From assembly GCA_965242695.1 (NCBI GenBank), contig CBDESU010000002.1, positions 704,001 through 768,000 on the forward strand: 64,000 nucleotides of DNA, given 5' to 3'. The notes under the pieces were generated by a model. The model ran no database searches. It had not been told where the DNA came from and worked only from the letters and a program-made list of their open reading frames with translations. The number at the start of each line of letters is the position of its first letter. Position 1 is the first letter of the stretch. Positions 47,456-56,635 of the stretch are shown in pieces. A program made the translations under genes and the position numbers. The DNA is from Cenarchaeum sp. (GTDB lineage: Archaea > Thermoproteota > Nitrososphaeria > Nitrososphaerales > Nitrosopumilaceae).

Positions 47456-48148
47456 CTAGGCCGGGCTCGCGTACCTCGTCCTGTCCTCGATGCCGGCGTC
47501 GGCGAACGCCGCGCGCCGGTTCCTGCACGACTCGCACCTGCCGCACTGCACCGTCTTGGGTCCTCCGTCGCCGTAGCAGCTCCACGTGCCGAACACGGCA
47601 TCGCCGAGCTCGGCGTGGCCTGCCCTGAGCAGGTCCGCCTTTGTCATGCCCTCCCTGTACGGGCTCCACACGGCAAGGCGCCTGCGCCGGCCGGATTCGA
47701 CCGCGTCGGCCTCGGCCTTGCCGAGGGCCGCCTCCATCGACCTTGCAAAGGCCGGCCTGCAGTCGGGGTACCTCGAGTCGCCCGCATGCGCGCCGTACGC
47801 GACCGTCCTTGCCCCGATCGAGTAGGCCCACGCCGATGCAATCGAGAGGAACACCGCATTGCGCGCGGGCACGACGATCGAGGGGCTGAACCTGCCGGGT
47901 ATGGCCGTTCCGGGATCGGTCAGGGCGTTGGACTTTCCGTACAGCCCGCGCATGAACCCGATGTCGGCCGTGCGGTGCTCGGCAAGGCCGGCCGCCCGGG
48001 CAAGCCGCGCGGCCGCCGCCGTCTCGGCCCCCGCGCGCTGCCCGTACGAGAATGTGATGCCGTGCAGCGAGTACCGCCGCCGCAGGACGGCGGCCGTGCA
48101 CGCCGAGTCCAGGCCGCCGCTGAACACGACGACGGCCCTTGCCTTCAC
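47456..48148 (-). CDS. queC: 7-cyano-7-deazaguanine synthase
   Basis: VFSGGLDS, YGQR, VVPARN, YPDCRPAF, TWSCY...CGRCESC. Confidence 0.94.
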   Translation of the reverse strand: MKARAVVVFSGGLDSACTAAVLRRRYSLHGITFSYGQRAGAETAAAARLARAAGLAEHRTADIGFMRGLYGKSNALTDPGTAIPGRFSPSIVVPARNAVFLSIASAWAYSIGARTVAYGAHAGDSRYPDCRPAFARSMEAALGKAEADAVESGRRRRLAVWSPYREGMTKADLLRAGHAELGDAVFGTWSCYGDGGPKTVQCGRCESCRNRRAAFADAGIEDRTRYASPA

Positions 48149-49101
48149 CGCGCCATCCCCTTTGGGTTCATGATCGTCGTCGCCCCGCCGCACGGCTTGC
48201 ACCTGACGGCACGGCTTGCGACGCCGGCGGCGGCAAACTCCCCGCGCATGGCCCTCCCCGCCGCGTTCCTCTTCGCCAGCGAGGTCGCAAACGCGACGAC
48301 CGACGGGCCGGCCCCGCTGATGGTCGCCCCGGATGCGCCGGCATCGAGCGCGGCTGCCTTTACCTCGCGGTACCCCGGTATCATGTGCTCGCGCGCCGGC
48401 TCGACGATGGCATCGCCGCTCGCGGCCCTCCCGGCCGCATCGGCATCGCCGCGCATCATGGCGGCGACGAGCATCGCCGCCGCGGCCAGGTTGTCGGTGC
48501 ACCCGGCGAGCGGGACGCGCCGCGGCACGGCGCCCCTCGAGGCGGCCGTCTTTGCCCTTGGCACGGGGATGCCGGGGATCGCGACGACCGCGTGCAGGCC
48601 GCGCGGCGCGTCGATGCGGACCGCCTCTAGCGGACTGGCGCTCTTGACTATGACGAACCCGCCGAGGATCGACGCGGCGACGTTGTCGTAGTGCGGCGCG
48701 CCGGCGCTAGCGGCCTCGCCTTCGCCCGCAAAGCGGACGAGCTCGGACGGCCCGAGCCCAAGCTTGAGCAGCCTGTTGAGCGCGACGGCCGCGGCGGCGG
48801 CCGATGCAGCGCTGCTGCCCATGCCGTACCCCGCCGGCACGCCCTTTTCGACGCGCACCCGCAGCTCGCCGCCGGCGGATCCGAACACCTCTGCCATCCT
48901 CTTGACCGTGAGCCCCGCAGTGTTCCTCCCCACCGCCGCCGGCATGCCCCTTCCGGGCTCGGACATTGTTACGCGCCCCTCCCTGCCGTCCGGGACGTGC
49001 TCGATCGTGACCGTATCGTGGAACGCGTTGAGTGCGAGCCCGAACACGTCGTACCCGGGGCCCAGGTTCGCGGTCGACGACGGCGCCCTTGCGGCCGCCA
49101 C
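48145..49101 (-). CDS. thrB: Homoserine kinase
   Basis: PSSTANLGPGYDVFGLAL, PAGYGMGSSAAS, HYDNVA, ISGAGPS. Confidence 0.93.
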   Translation of the reverse strand: MAAARAPSSTANLGPGYDVFGLALNAFHDTVTIEHVPDGREGRVTMSEPGRGMPAAVGRNTAGLTVKRMAEVFGSAGGELRVRVEKGVPAGYGMGSSAASAAAAAVALNRLLKLGLGPSELVRFAGEGEAASAGAPHYDNVAASILGGFVIVKSASPLEAVRIDAPRGLHAVVAIPGIPVPRAKTAASRGAVPRRVPLAGCTDNLAAAAMLVAAMMRGDADAAGRAASGDAIVEPAREHMIPGYREVKAAALDAGASGATISGAGPSVVAFATSLAKRNAAGRAMRGEFAAAGVASRAVRCKPCGGATTIMNPKGMAR

Positions 49102-49154
49102 GCCGCCGGCCGTAACCTCGCCGCCCTTGCGGTCGCGCGCGTCCTGCTCGGCCG

Positions 49155-49925
49155 TCAGTCCTCGACCTCCTCTCCCAGGTTCAGGATGCGGCTGAGGGCC
49201 CCCCGCAGCGCCTCCATGCCCTCGCCCGTCACGTTGGACACGGGCAGGATGCCCTGGGCAAATCCCCCCTCGCCGAGGCCGCGCAGCATGCCGGCAGACA
49301 GCGCGTACGTCTCGCCGTCGCCGTCGGCGGCGAGCGCATCGGAGAGCAGGGCCGCGCTGGTAGTCCAGCCGAGGATGTCGCCTAGCCGCTCGGCGATAAG
49401 GTCGCGCTTTGTCAGGACGTTGACGGCGGGCAGGCCGAGGCGCAGCCTGATCGACGTGGCCAGCAGGGACACGGACACAAAGCTCGTCGGCGAGGACGCG
49501 AGGGCCCCGTCGAACAGGAACAGGCACACCCTCTCCTCGCGCGCCAGGTTCTCGGCTATGAACGGCCCGCTAGACCTGTACGCGAACAGCTCGACCTGCC
49601 CGGGCGTGTCCACGATGAGGTAGTCGGGGCTGACCGCATCGACCTGCTCTCGTATCTCGCCGATCTTCGAGGCCGCCAGGTCGGACGCCATGACCAGGGC
49701 CCCGTTCGGGCCGAGCTCGTACCTGCGCATCACCTGGACGACATCGACGTGGTCGCGCACGTCCACGTCGCACGCGTACGGGAGGCTCTCGGCGCCGGGG
49801 TCCATGTTGAGTATGGCCGCAAACGAGCCGCCTGCCGTGTAGTACTCGCTGATCTTCGAGGAGAGCAGCGACTTGCCCGATCCCGCCGTCCCGGTCACGA
49901 ACACGGTCTTCACGGGCTTGGCCAT
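49155..49925 (-). CDS. GPN-loop GTPase
   Basis: GTAGSGKS, NMDPG, LGPNGAL, DTPGQVELF. Confidence 0.92.
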   Translation of the reverse strand: MAKPVKTVFVTGTAGSGKSLLSSKISEYYTAGGSFAAILNMDPGAESLPYACDVDVRDHVDVVQVMRRYELGPNGALVMASDLAASKIGEIREQVDAVSPDYLIVDTPGQVELFAYRSSGPFIAENLAREERVCLFLFDGALASSPTSFVSVSLLATSIRLRLGLPAVNVLTKRDLIAERLGDILGWTTSAALLSDALAADGDGETYALSAGMLRGLGEGGFAQGILPVSNVTGEGMEALRGALSRILNLGEEVED

Positions 49926-49960
49926 TATTCGCTTATATTTGAACCTGCGAAAAGCGCGCG

Positions 49961-52246
49961 ATGAACTGGCGCCTAGCGGCCGTGCCTGCGAGCATGGTGC
50001 CGATCGCCGTCATAGCCGTCCAGTTCGACGTGAGCCTCGAGGACGTGCTCGCCGTCGGCGCCGTCCCGTTCGCCGCTGCCGCCCTCGTCATGATGGCCAA
50101 GCTCGGCGTGCAGGGGGCAAAGTTCACGTACATCGCGCGGCACTACCTGGGCCCCATCGACACGGTCTGGCGCATGTCCGGCGTGCGCGTAGGCAGCGAG
50201 TTCATCAAGTTCACGACGCCGATGTTCGTCGGCGCCGAGTTTGTCGTCATATACTGGATGCACAAGAAGGGCGTGCCCCCGTCCAAGGCGATGTGGGTCG
50301 CGATCCTCGACATCGTCACCGAGGTCCTCGCCGGCGGCCTGCTGTCCATCATGGCCGGCGTCGTCGCGCTGCTCGCCGGCGCGTACGTCGTCGCCGCCAT
50401 CATACTGGCCACGAGCGTGTCGGTCACGTCGGCGTGGGTCGTGATGTTCTTCCTGTCGTCCAAGCGCACGTTCCAGACGCCGCGCGCGATCGCGCGCCTT
50501 GCGGCCCGCATCGGCGGCGAGCGCATCGCCTCGTACGTCAAGGAGGCCGACAAGTGGATGGCCGAGGTCTGCGCGATGAGCCGCGAGAACATGTCGACGC
50601 GCGACTCGAAAAAGGTGTTTGCCGGCGGGCTGGCCCTGTCGACCGTATCGTGGCTGTTCTACGGCATATCGTTCATGATCATCGCGGCCGGGGTCGGCTA
50701 CTCGGTCGGCGCGTTCGACTCGGTCATGGCCGTCATGGGGGCCAATGCGATAGGAAACCTGCCCATTACGGTCGGCGGGTCGGGGCTTGCCGAGTTTGGC
50801 ATCGTCGCGTACCTGGAGAACCACAACCCGTTCGCGTTCGACGTCTCCGAGGGGGCCCTCGAGTGGGACGCGGTGATTGCGTGGAGGATCGCGACGTACT
50901 ATGTGCCGATCGCCGTGACGTGGTTCCTGCTGATGCGCCTTGCCCTGGGCAAGTACGAAAAGGTGAAGACGGCCGCTGCCGTGGCGGGAGGCGGCGCCAG
51001 CAGCGCCAGCGCATCCGGCGCCAGCAGCGTCGGCAACGCGGACGCGGGCGGCGAGCCTGCGGGAGGCGTCAGCGCTAGCGCCGGCAGCAGGAGCAGCGCC
51101 AGCGCATCCGGCGCCGGCACACCGGGCGCCAGCAGCGGCGATGCATCCCGCCGGGCCGCTCCGTCCGCCTTTACGGCCCGGCTTGCAGAACGAGAGCGGC
51201 GGGAAAACGTCGAGCTCATACTGCGCGTTGCCAAGGGCGAGCGCAAGCGCCGCGCCCGCGCCCGCGCCCGCGCCGGCACCGAACCCAAGACCACGCTTTA
51301 CCAAGACGTCGTCCACCAGATCCGGCACTGGTGCGACGACATTCCCGAGGACCAGATCCGGGCCGTGATGCAAGAGCATTCGCTCCTGCCTGCCGGCGAC
51401 GGCGACGGCGACGCCAGCTCTAGCTCCAGCGCTGGCGACGGCGACGCCGACGCCGACGATGCATCCCGCCCTGCCCCTCCGCCCGACTCCGCGTACTCGC
51501 TTGCCAAGCGCCTCGACCGCAGGTGGAACGTCCAGACGATCAAGAACGTCGTCGAGAGGGAGCGCAAACGCCGCGAGGAGTGGGGCACCAGGGGGCTTAC
51601 GCTCGAGCAGGCAGTCGTACGCCAACTCAAGCACTGGCGCCCCGACATCCCCGAGGACGACATCCGCAAGGTGATGCGGGGCGAGACCCTCCCTGCCGGC
51701 GGCGGTGATGGCGGCGGCGGCGTTGCCGGACAAGACGGAGGCGGAGACGGCAACACGGGCAGCGGCATTGACAGCACTGACAACGGGAGAGAGACCAATG
51801 GCGACTGCGACGCCAGCGGCGATGCCTCCCGCCCCGCCCCGCCGATGGCGTCCAAAGTCAGCAAGTCCCTCTCGCTGGCCATGGCAGAATGGGACAAGGA
51901 GACCAACACCGAGGTCATCCTGGGCATCGCCAAGAAGATGCGGCGGCTGCGCGAGCGCGATCTTCTCAGGGACCCCGACTACAAGCATACGACTACCCTC
52001 GTACAGGACACCATTCACCACGTACGGCACTGGCGCGACGACATCTCCGAGGCCGACATCCGCAAGGTGATGAGGGGCGAGTCGCTCCTGCCTGCCGGCG
52101 ACGGCGACGATGCAGGCGACAGCGGCACTGCCGGGCGGGGCGGAGGCGGCGACGGCAACGCGAGCAGCGGCACTGATAGCACTAGCGGCGGGAGAGGGCC
52201 CAATGGCAGCGGAGATGGCGGCGGCGGAACAGACGGCCGGCAGTGA
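49961..52246 (+). CDS. Lysylphosphatidylglycerol-synthase-like/flippase (UPF0104) membrane protein with C-terminal triple-repeat extension
   Basis: TTPMFVGAE, LPITVGGSGLAE, IAWRIATYY in about aa 1-330; then a low-complexity linker and three homologous domains of about 70 aa. Confidence 0.8.
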   Translation: MNWRLAAVPASMVPIAVIAVQFDVSLEDVLAVGAVPFAAAALVMMAKLGVQGAKFTYIARHYLGPIDTVWRMSGVRVGSEFIKFTTPMFVGAEFVVIYWMHKKGVPPSKAMWVAILDIVTEVLAGGLLSIMAGVVALLAGAYVVAAIILATSVSVTSAWVVMFFLSSKRTFQTPRAIARLAARIGGERIASYVKEADKWMAEVCAMSRENMSTRDSKKVFAGGLALSTVSWLFYGISFMIIAAGVGYSVGAFDSVMAVMGANAIGNLPITVGGSGLAEFGIVAYLENHNPFAFDVSEGALEWDAVIAWRIATYYVPIAVTWFLLMRLALGKYEKVKTAAAVAGGGASSASASGASSVGNADAGGEPAGGVSASAGSRSSASASGAGTPGASSGDASRRAAPSAFTARLAERERRENVELILRVAKGERKRRARARARAGTEPKTTLYQDVVHQIRHWCDDIPEDQIRAVMQEHSLLPAGDGDGDASSSSSAGDGDADADDASRPAPPPDSAYSLAKRLDRRWNVQTIKNVVERERKRREEWGTRGLTLEQAVVRQLKHWRPDIPEDDIRKVMRGETLPAGGGDGGGGVAGQDGGGDGNTGSGIDSTDNGRETNGDCDASGDASRPAPPMASKVSKSLSLAMAEWDKETNTEVILGIAKKMRRLRERDLLRDPDYKHTTTLVQDTIHHVRHWRDDISEADIRKVMRGESLLPAGDGDDAGDSGTAGRGGGGDGNASSGTDSTSGGRGPNGSGDGGGGTDGRQ

Positions 52247-53165
52247 GCGCCGCCCCCTCCGCCGCGGCCGCACCGGCCGCGCCGACGACGGCCGCACCGG
52301 CAAGCCGGCGGAGCCGCGGCAGCCTTCAGGGTCCCCGCCGCGCAAGGCCCCCCGCACGGTGGCCATTACGGGCGCCTCGTCGGGCATCGGCGCGGCCGCC
52401 GCGGTCGAGTTTGCCCGGCGCGGCGCCTCCCTTGCACTGCTCGCCCGGCGCGGCGCCGAGCTGGAGCGCGTGTGCGCCTCGGCCAGGGCCGCCGGCGCCC
52501 CCTCCGCCGCGGCCGTCCTGTGCGATGTGTCCGACGCCGCCGCGGCCAAGGCGGCGTGCTCCCGGGCCGCGTCCGAGCTCGGAGGCCGCATCGACATCCT
52601 GGTCAACAACGCCGGGTTTGCGGTGTACGGCCGAGTCGCGGACATGGCAGTCTCCGACATAGAGGCGCAGATGGCGACCAACTACATGGGGATGGTCCAC
52701 TGCACAAAGGCCGTCCTGCCGGCCATGCTCGGCCGCGGCTCGGGCCATATTGTCAACGTGGCCTCGGTAGCAGCGAGCATGGGCCTGCCGGGAATCGCCC
52801 CGTACTGCGCGTCAAAGGCGGCCATGCTGTCCTTTTCCGAGGGCCTCAAGCACGAGCTCGCCGGAACCGGCGTCGGCATTACGGTCGTCAGCCCCGTAAT
52901 GGTCCGCACGCCGTTCTTTGACGGCCCGTCGTTCCGGGGCATGCCGCGGCCGTCGGGCCGCTCGGCGACCTCGCTCTCGCCGGAGACGGTCGCCCGGGCG
53001 ATAGTGCGCGCCTCGTCGTCGCCGCGCCTCGAGATCATCGTGCCGCAGGTCGTGCGCGCCGCCGTGTGGTCAAAGCAGACCTTTCCGTATCTGGTCGGCC
53101 CCGTCGTCGGGTCGGCATTTTCCCGCATGATGGAGCGCGCAGAGCGCGAGCAGGGTGGCCGCTGA
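52215..53165 (+). CDS. Short-chain dehydrogenase/reductase
   Basis: ITGASSGIG, LVNNAG, YCASK; start uncertain (ATG 52215 or GTG 52359). Confidence 0.88.
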   Translation: MAAAEQTAGSERRPLRRGRTGRADDGRTGKPAEPRQPSGSPPRKAPRTVAITGASSGIGAAAAVEFARRGASLALLARRGAELERVCASARAAGAPSAAAVLCDVSDAAAAKAACSRAASELGGRIDILVNNAGFAVYGRVADMAVSDIEAQMATNYMGMVHCTKAVLPAMLGRGSGHIVNVASVAASMGLPGIAPYCASKAAMLSFSEGLKHELAGTGVGITVVSPVMVRTPFFDGPSFRGMPRPSGRSATSLSPETVARAIVRASSSPRLEIIVPQVVRAAVWSKQTFPYLVGPVVGSAFSRMMERAEREQGGR

Positions 53166-53196
53166 GGCGCCGCCCTTCACCCCCCCGCGCCCTCCC

Positions 53197-53604
53197 CTAC
53201 TCGTCCAGGTCGTCGCCGGCCGCGCCGCCGCCGGCCTCCTCGTACTCCCTCAGGACGAACTTGTACACGGCGTTCATGTCCACGCCCATCTCGGAGCGGA
53301 GGTACTCGGCGGCCTTGCCGCTCAGCGGCGCCTTGAACTCGTCTATCGCGAACTCGTACAGGACGCCTCGCTGCAGCTCGCCGATCCTGATCTCGGGGGC
53401 CACGTCCATCGTCACTATATGCCTGCCGTCCTCGACCGGATCGTCGAGCTGCGCGTCGATCTTGCCGTCCGCGACGTACGTGTCGAGCACGTGCCCCGTC
53501 CTCTTGACCGCGGCGGGCCTGCCGAACTTGGCCGTCTGCACCTCGTCGGCGACCCATTGGGGGATGCCCTTTCGACTGCCGCCCTTGCCGCCGCCGCCCG
53601 CCAT
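53197..53604 (-). CDS. Conserved hypothetical protein
   Basis: IPQWVADEVQTAKF...DGRHIVT; host codon use. Confidence 0.72.
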   Translation of the reverse strand: MAGGGGKGGSRKGIPQWVADEVQTAKFGRPAAVKRTGHVLDTYVADGKIDAQLDDPVEDGRHIVTMDVAPEIRIGELQRGVLYEFAIDEFKAPLSGKAAEYLRSEMGVDMNAVYKFVLREYEEAGGGAAGDDLDE

Positions 53605-53616
53605 AGCTGATTCCGC

Positions 53617-53937
53617 CTACCCTTCTTCGGCCTTGTCCCGCTTGCTCTTGGACCACCACTCTTGGTACTCGTACTGCCTGTCCTCCTTTGTCTTGACCCT
53701 CTTGTTGAGGCGGGCCCTGATGTCGCCAATCTGCTCGCGCGTCGCGTACAGGCCGCAGATCGTGCACACGTAGTGCTTTGTGCGAGGCTCCAGCTTCATC
53801 GGTATGCTGATCTCGTCGAACATGCGGAACAGGTCGTCCCGGTTGCGATCCTCCTCCTCGGGCACGGCCTCTTCATATTCCTCCTCCATCTTTTTCTTCT
53901 CGCGTGCGACGCACTCGGGGCAGTTGGGCAACGGCAC
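53617..53937 (-). CDS. Conserved hypothetical zinc-ribbon protein
   Basis: CPEC...CTICG; YQEWWSKSK; TTTTAAG box upstream. Confidence 0.75.
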   Translation of the reverse strand: MPLPNCPECVAREKKKMEEEYEEAVPEEEDRNRDDLFRMFDEISIPMKLEPRTKHYVCTICGLYATREQIGDIRARLNKRVKTKEDRQYEYQEWWSKSKRDKAEEG

Positions 53938-54030
53938 GGGCCCCCTGATTTTTCCTTAAAAGCGTTGCCGGCGCCCGGCTACCGCCGTTAGTCTAGCCTA
54001 ACCCGCGCCGCCGCCCGGCTCGGCGCGATA

Positions 54031-54098
54031 ACCGGACGCGCGGACTATATCGTCATCCCTCTCGGTCAGTTCGCCCATCGAACTGCCGCGCGCCCGGC
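54031..54098 (-). ncRNA. Candidate K-turn-containing small RNA (box C/D- or H/ACA-like)
   Basis: 13-bp terminal stem with G-U pairs; CUGA-CC-GAGA-GG-GAUGAC D'/C'-like motif; CAACAGATAAAC BRE/TATA about 29 nt upstream. Confidence 0.5.
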
Positions 54099-54237
54099 GG
54101 GCCGCCAGGCGCCCGGCGCGGGTTTATCTGTTGGCAGGCAGGGCCTGTGCTCTCCGGCAGTGGACGGCCTGGGACGGCCGGGGCCGCCGGGTCGGGCCGC
54201 CCGGCGTGCGGCGGCAGCGGCCCCCTGCCGTCTCGGG

Positions 54238-55332
54238 CTACTTTGGCTCTTCTAGGCCGCCCCTTGCATGGCTGCCGCGGTAGGGGGAGCTGCCCTTCCC
54301 TAGATGCCTCATGCCCTCCTCTTCCTCGTCGTCGAGCATGCCGGCCTTTCTGAGCGCGTCCCCGACCTTTTTCTTGATCGCATCCGTGTTGCCGATATCC
54401 TCGTCCGTCAGCCCAAGCACGTCGGCCACGCCCACGGAGCGGAGGCACTCGATCGAGCAGCGGTGGCCCGCGGCGCTGTCCGGGTTCAGCCTCAAGAGCT
54501 CCATGCTGCTCTCGAGGCCCTCAGAGTACATTCCCGCCTCTATGTACAGCTTGCACAGCCTCTCGCGCTTCTCCTCGCTCGAGGGGTCGGCGCGCACGGC
54601 CCTTTTGGCCGCCTTGATCTCGTCGGACGGCGCCTCGCGGCCTGGCTTTTCCGCCGGGCCGGAACCTGCGTCGGAACCTGCGTCGGAACCGGCGTCGGGG
54701 CCCTCTCCCTCCTTGTCGCCTTCCCGATCGAGCCTCATCATCTTGTGGTAGCATGCGGCCGCCTTTTCCAGGCGCCCGAGCCTGCACAGCGACTCGGCCT
54801 TGTGGTAGTAGTAGTACGACGCGTCGGGGTCGAGCCTGATGGCCCTGTTGTACCACTTGACGGCCCTCCTGTGGCGCCCCATGTCGGCCAGGACGCTCCC
54901 CACGTTGTCGCAGATGTCGCCGTCGCCGGGGTCGAGCTCGGCGGCCCTCTTGTACGCCTTGAGCGCCGCCTTGTAGCGCTTCATTTCGTGCAGCACAATC
55001 CCCTTGTCGTTGTGGGCTCCCGCCATGTCGGGGTCCACCCCGATTGCGGTCTCGAACGCCTGCAGGGCCTCTTCGTTTCGCTTGAGCTCGTGCAGCGAGT
55101 GGGCCATGTAGTAGTACGTGGCGTACATGTCCGGCTTGAGCCTGGCGGCCGCCGCGTAGTGGTCGAGCGCCTCCTCGTGCCTGCCAAGGTCGGCCAGCGT
55201 CATGGCCGTGTCCAGGTACGGGGCAAAGTCTCCGGGCCTCTCCTCGGCCATCCTCTTGAAGTACTGCAGATCCTCCTCGGTCCTCTTCGGGCCCATCCCC
55301 CACATGCTTTCCTCCTCTTCGCCGTCGCCCAT
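54238..55332 (-). CDS. Tetratricopeptide-repeat protein
   Basis: About 6-7 TPR units (AHNDKGIVL, AIRLDPD). Confidence 0.85.
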   Translation of the reverse strand: MGDGEEEESMWGMGPKRTEEDLQYFKRMAEERPGDFAPYLDTAMTLADLGRHEEALDHYAAAARLKPDMYATYYYMAHSLHELKRNEEALQAFETAIGVDPDMAGAHNDKGIVLHEMKRYKAALKAYKRAAELDPGDGDICDNVGSVLADMGRHRRAVKWYNRAIRLDPDASYYYYHKAESLCRLGRLEKAAACYHKMMRLDREGDKEGEGPDAGSDAGSDAGSGPAEKPGREAPSDEIKAAKRAVRADPSSEEKRERLCKLYIEAGMYSEGLESSMELLRLNPDSAAGHRCSIECLRSVGVADVLGLTDEDIGNTDAIKKKVGDALRKAGMLDDEEEEGMRHLGKGSSPYRGSHARGGLEEPK

Positions 55333-55356
55333 GCCTGCGGCACCGTATGGCGCGCT

Positions 55357-56634
55357 TTATTCGTTGGGGGCCGCCCTGCGCGGCGCGCGTGCGCCCCGCC
55401 CCTCCAGCTCCCGCAGGGCCGCATCCGCCGCCCTGCCGGCCCCGCCCCCGTCGAACCCGCCGGCAAACTCGGCCAGCCTGGCCGCATACGCGTCGCGCTC
55501 GCCGCGCACGCGGGCCACAGCCCTTGCTATACCGCGCGCGTCGCGCGCGAGCACGCCCAGCCCCCTCTCCTCGGCCCACCGCACCTGGTTGGTGTGCTCG
55601 TCGTACACGGGCACGCCCACCACGGGCTTTGCCGCGCCGCCCATGACCTCGCCCATTACCGTGTGCGAGCCGTTGACGACGGCGTACGCGCACCCCGCCA
55701 GGACGGCCTCCCTGTCCACATCGGACAGGAACCCGACGTCTATCTGCACCCAGTCGACCCCCTTCTCGCGCGCCTCTGCTATCGCGTACGTGCGCCCGTC
55801 CGCTCCGGTCACGCGGTCGACCGACGCGTCCCTCCTGGCGTGCGACACGACCCTCTTCTCGCCCCTCAGCTCGTCCGTGGCAAAGGCCTCTTCGTACCTC
55901 CTGCCCGTCCCCTCGTTGGTCGAGCGGTCGCCCGTGCGCATCCAGTACCCGTAGTCCGCCCCCTCGATCAGCCCCGCAAGGTCCGCCCTGGGCGCGCCGC
56001 CGGCCGCCTTGGCCCTGCCGGAAAAGTGCCCCACGTACTCTACCCTGCCCGCAACGTCGGCCGGAAAGTTGAGGTTGTACTCGCAGATGCAGTGGGGGGG
56101 AGGAGAGTCGGCCACGAGTATCCTTGACGCCTTTGCGATCTGCCTCGAGACGAACAGCAGGCCGGGGTACAGGTACGCCCTGGACGCCCAGAGGCGCGGC
56201 CTGAACTGGTTCGTGACGAACAGGCACGGGATGTTCCGGTTGCGCGCGAGCACGTTCGTCCCCATGTCCCCGTCGCTGATCACCAGGTCGAACCCGATCG
56301 TGTCGTACAGGCGCCTCTCCTCGCGCAGGTACGCGGCTATCTGGGAGACGAGCGGCCTGTTTCCGGCCGCCGGCAGCAGCACGTTGAGCAGCGAGCGGGG
56401 CAGGTCGGGCCCCCGCCTGCCGTCTATCGGCGTCGGCATCTGCACCTCGTGCACCTTGTCCGGCCCGCTTGGGTGCTCGGCAAGCAGGCGGCCGTAGATC
56501 GGCTGCTTGCTTGCCGCGTGTATGTCCATGTCGCCGTCCCCGAGGCGCCTCCGCAGCTCGGCATCGAGCCGCATCATCCTCGTGTAGTGGCCGCCGCCCC
56601 AGGGATAGACGAACTCGGCGATCCTTTGCGCCAT
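55357..56634 (-). CDS. GT-B glycosyltransferase (family 28 C-terminal-like)
   Basis: WGGGHYTR, DLVISDGD, VEYVGH, NGSHTVMGE, PVYDEHTNQ. Confidence 0.82.
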   Translation of the reverse strand: MAQRIAEFVYPWGGGHYTRMMRLDAELRRRLGDGDMDIHAASKQPIYGRLLAEHPSGPDKVHEVQMPTPIDGRRGPDLPRSLLNVLLPAAGNRPLVSQIAAYLREERRLYDTIGFDLVISDGDMGTNVLARNRNIPCLFVTNQFRPRLWASRAYLYPGLLFVSRQIAKASRILVADSPPPHCICEYNLNFPADVAGRVEYVGHFSGRAKAAGGAPRADLAGLIEGADYGYWMRTGDRSTNEGTGRRYEEAFATDELRGEKRVVSHARRDASVDRVTGADGRTYAIAEAREKGVDWVQIDVGFLSDVDREAVLAGCAYAVVNGSHTVMGEVMGGAAKPVVGVPVYDEHTNQVRWAEERGLGVLARDARGIARAVARVRGERDAYAARLAEFAGGFDGGGAGRAADAALRELEGRGARAPRRAAPNE

Positions 56635-56635
56635 G

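Noticed and set aside
45683-48148. queE-folE-queC as a 7-deazaguanine DNA-modification (dpd) defence system
   Set aside because: Host-like GC and housekeeping neighbours, with no dpdA/TGT paralogue nearby; best explained as preQ0 supply for archaeosine
49973-52681. 902-aa antisense ORF, and similar long alternate-frame ORFs across the window
   Set aside because: They mirror real genes with high GC3 and have no recognisable motifs
54042-54053. ACGAUAUAGUCC (minus strand) resembling the group I intron S element
   Set aside because: No upstream P7 partner or P3-P6 core, no interrupted host gene, and the region is too short
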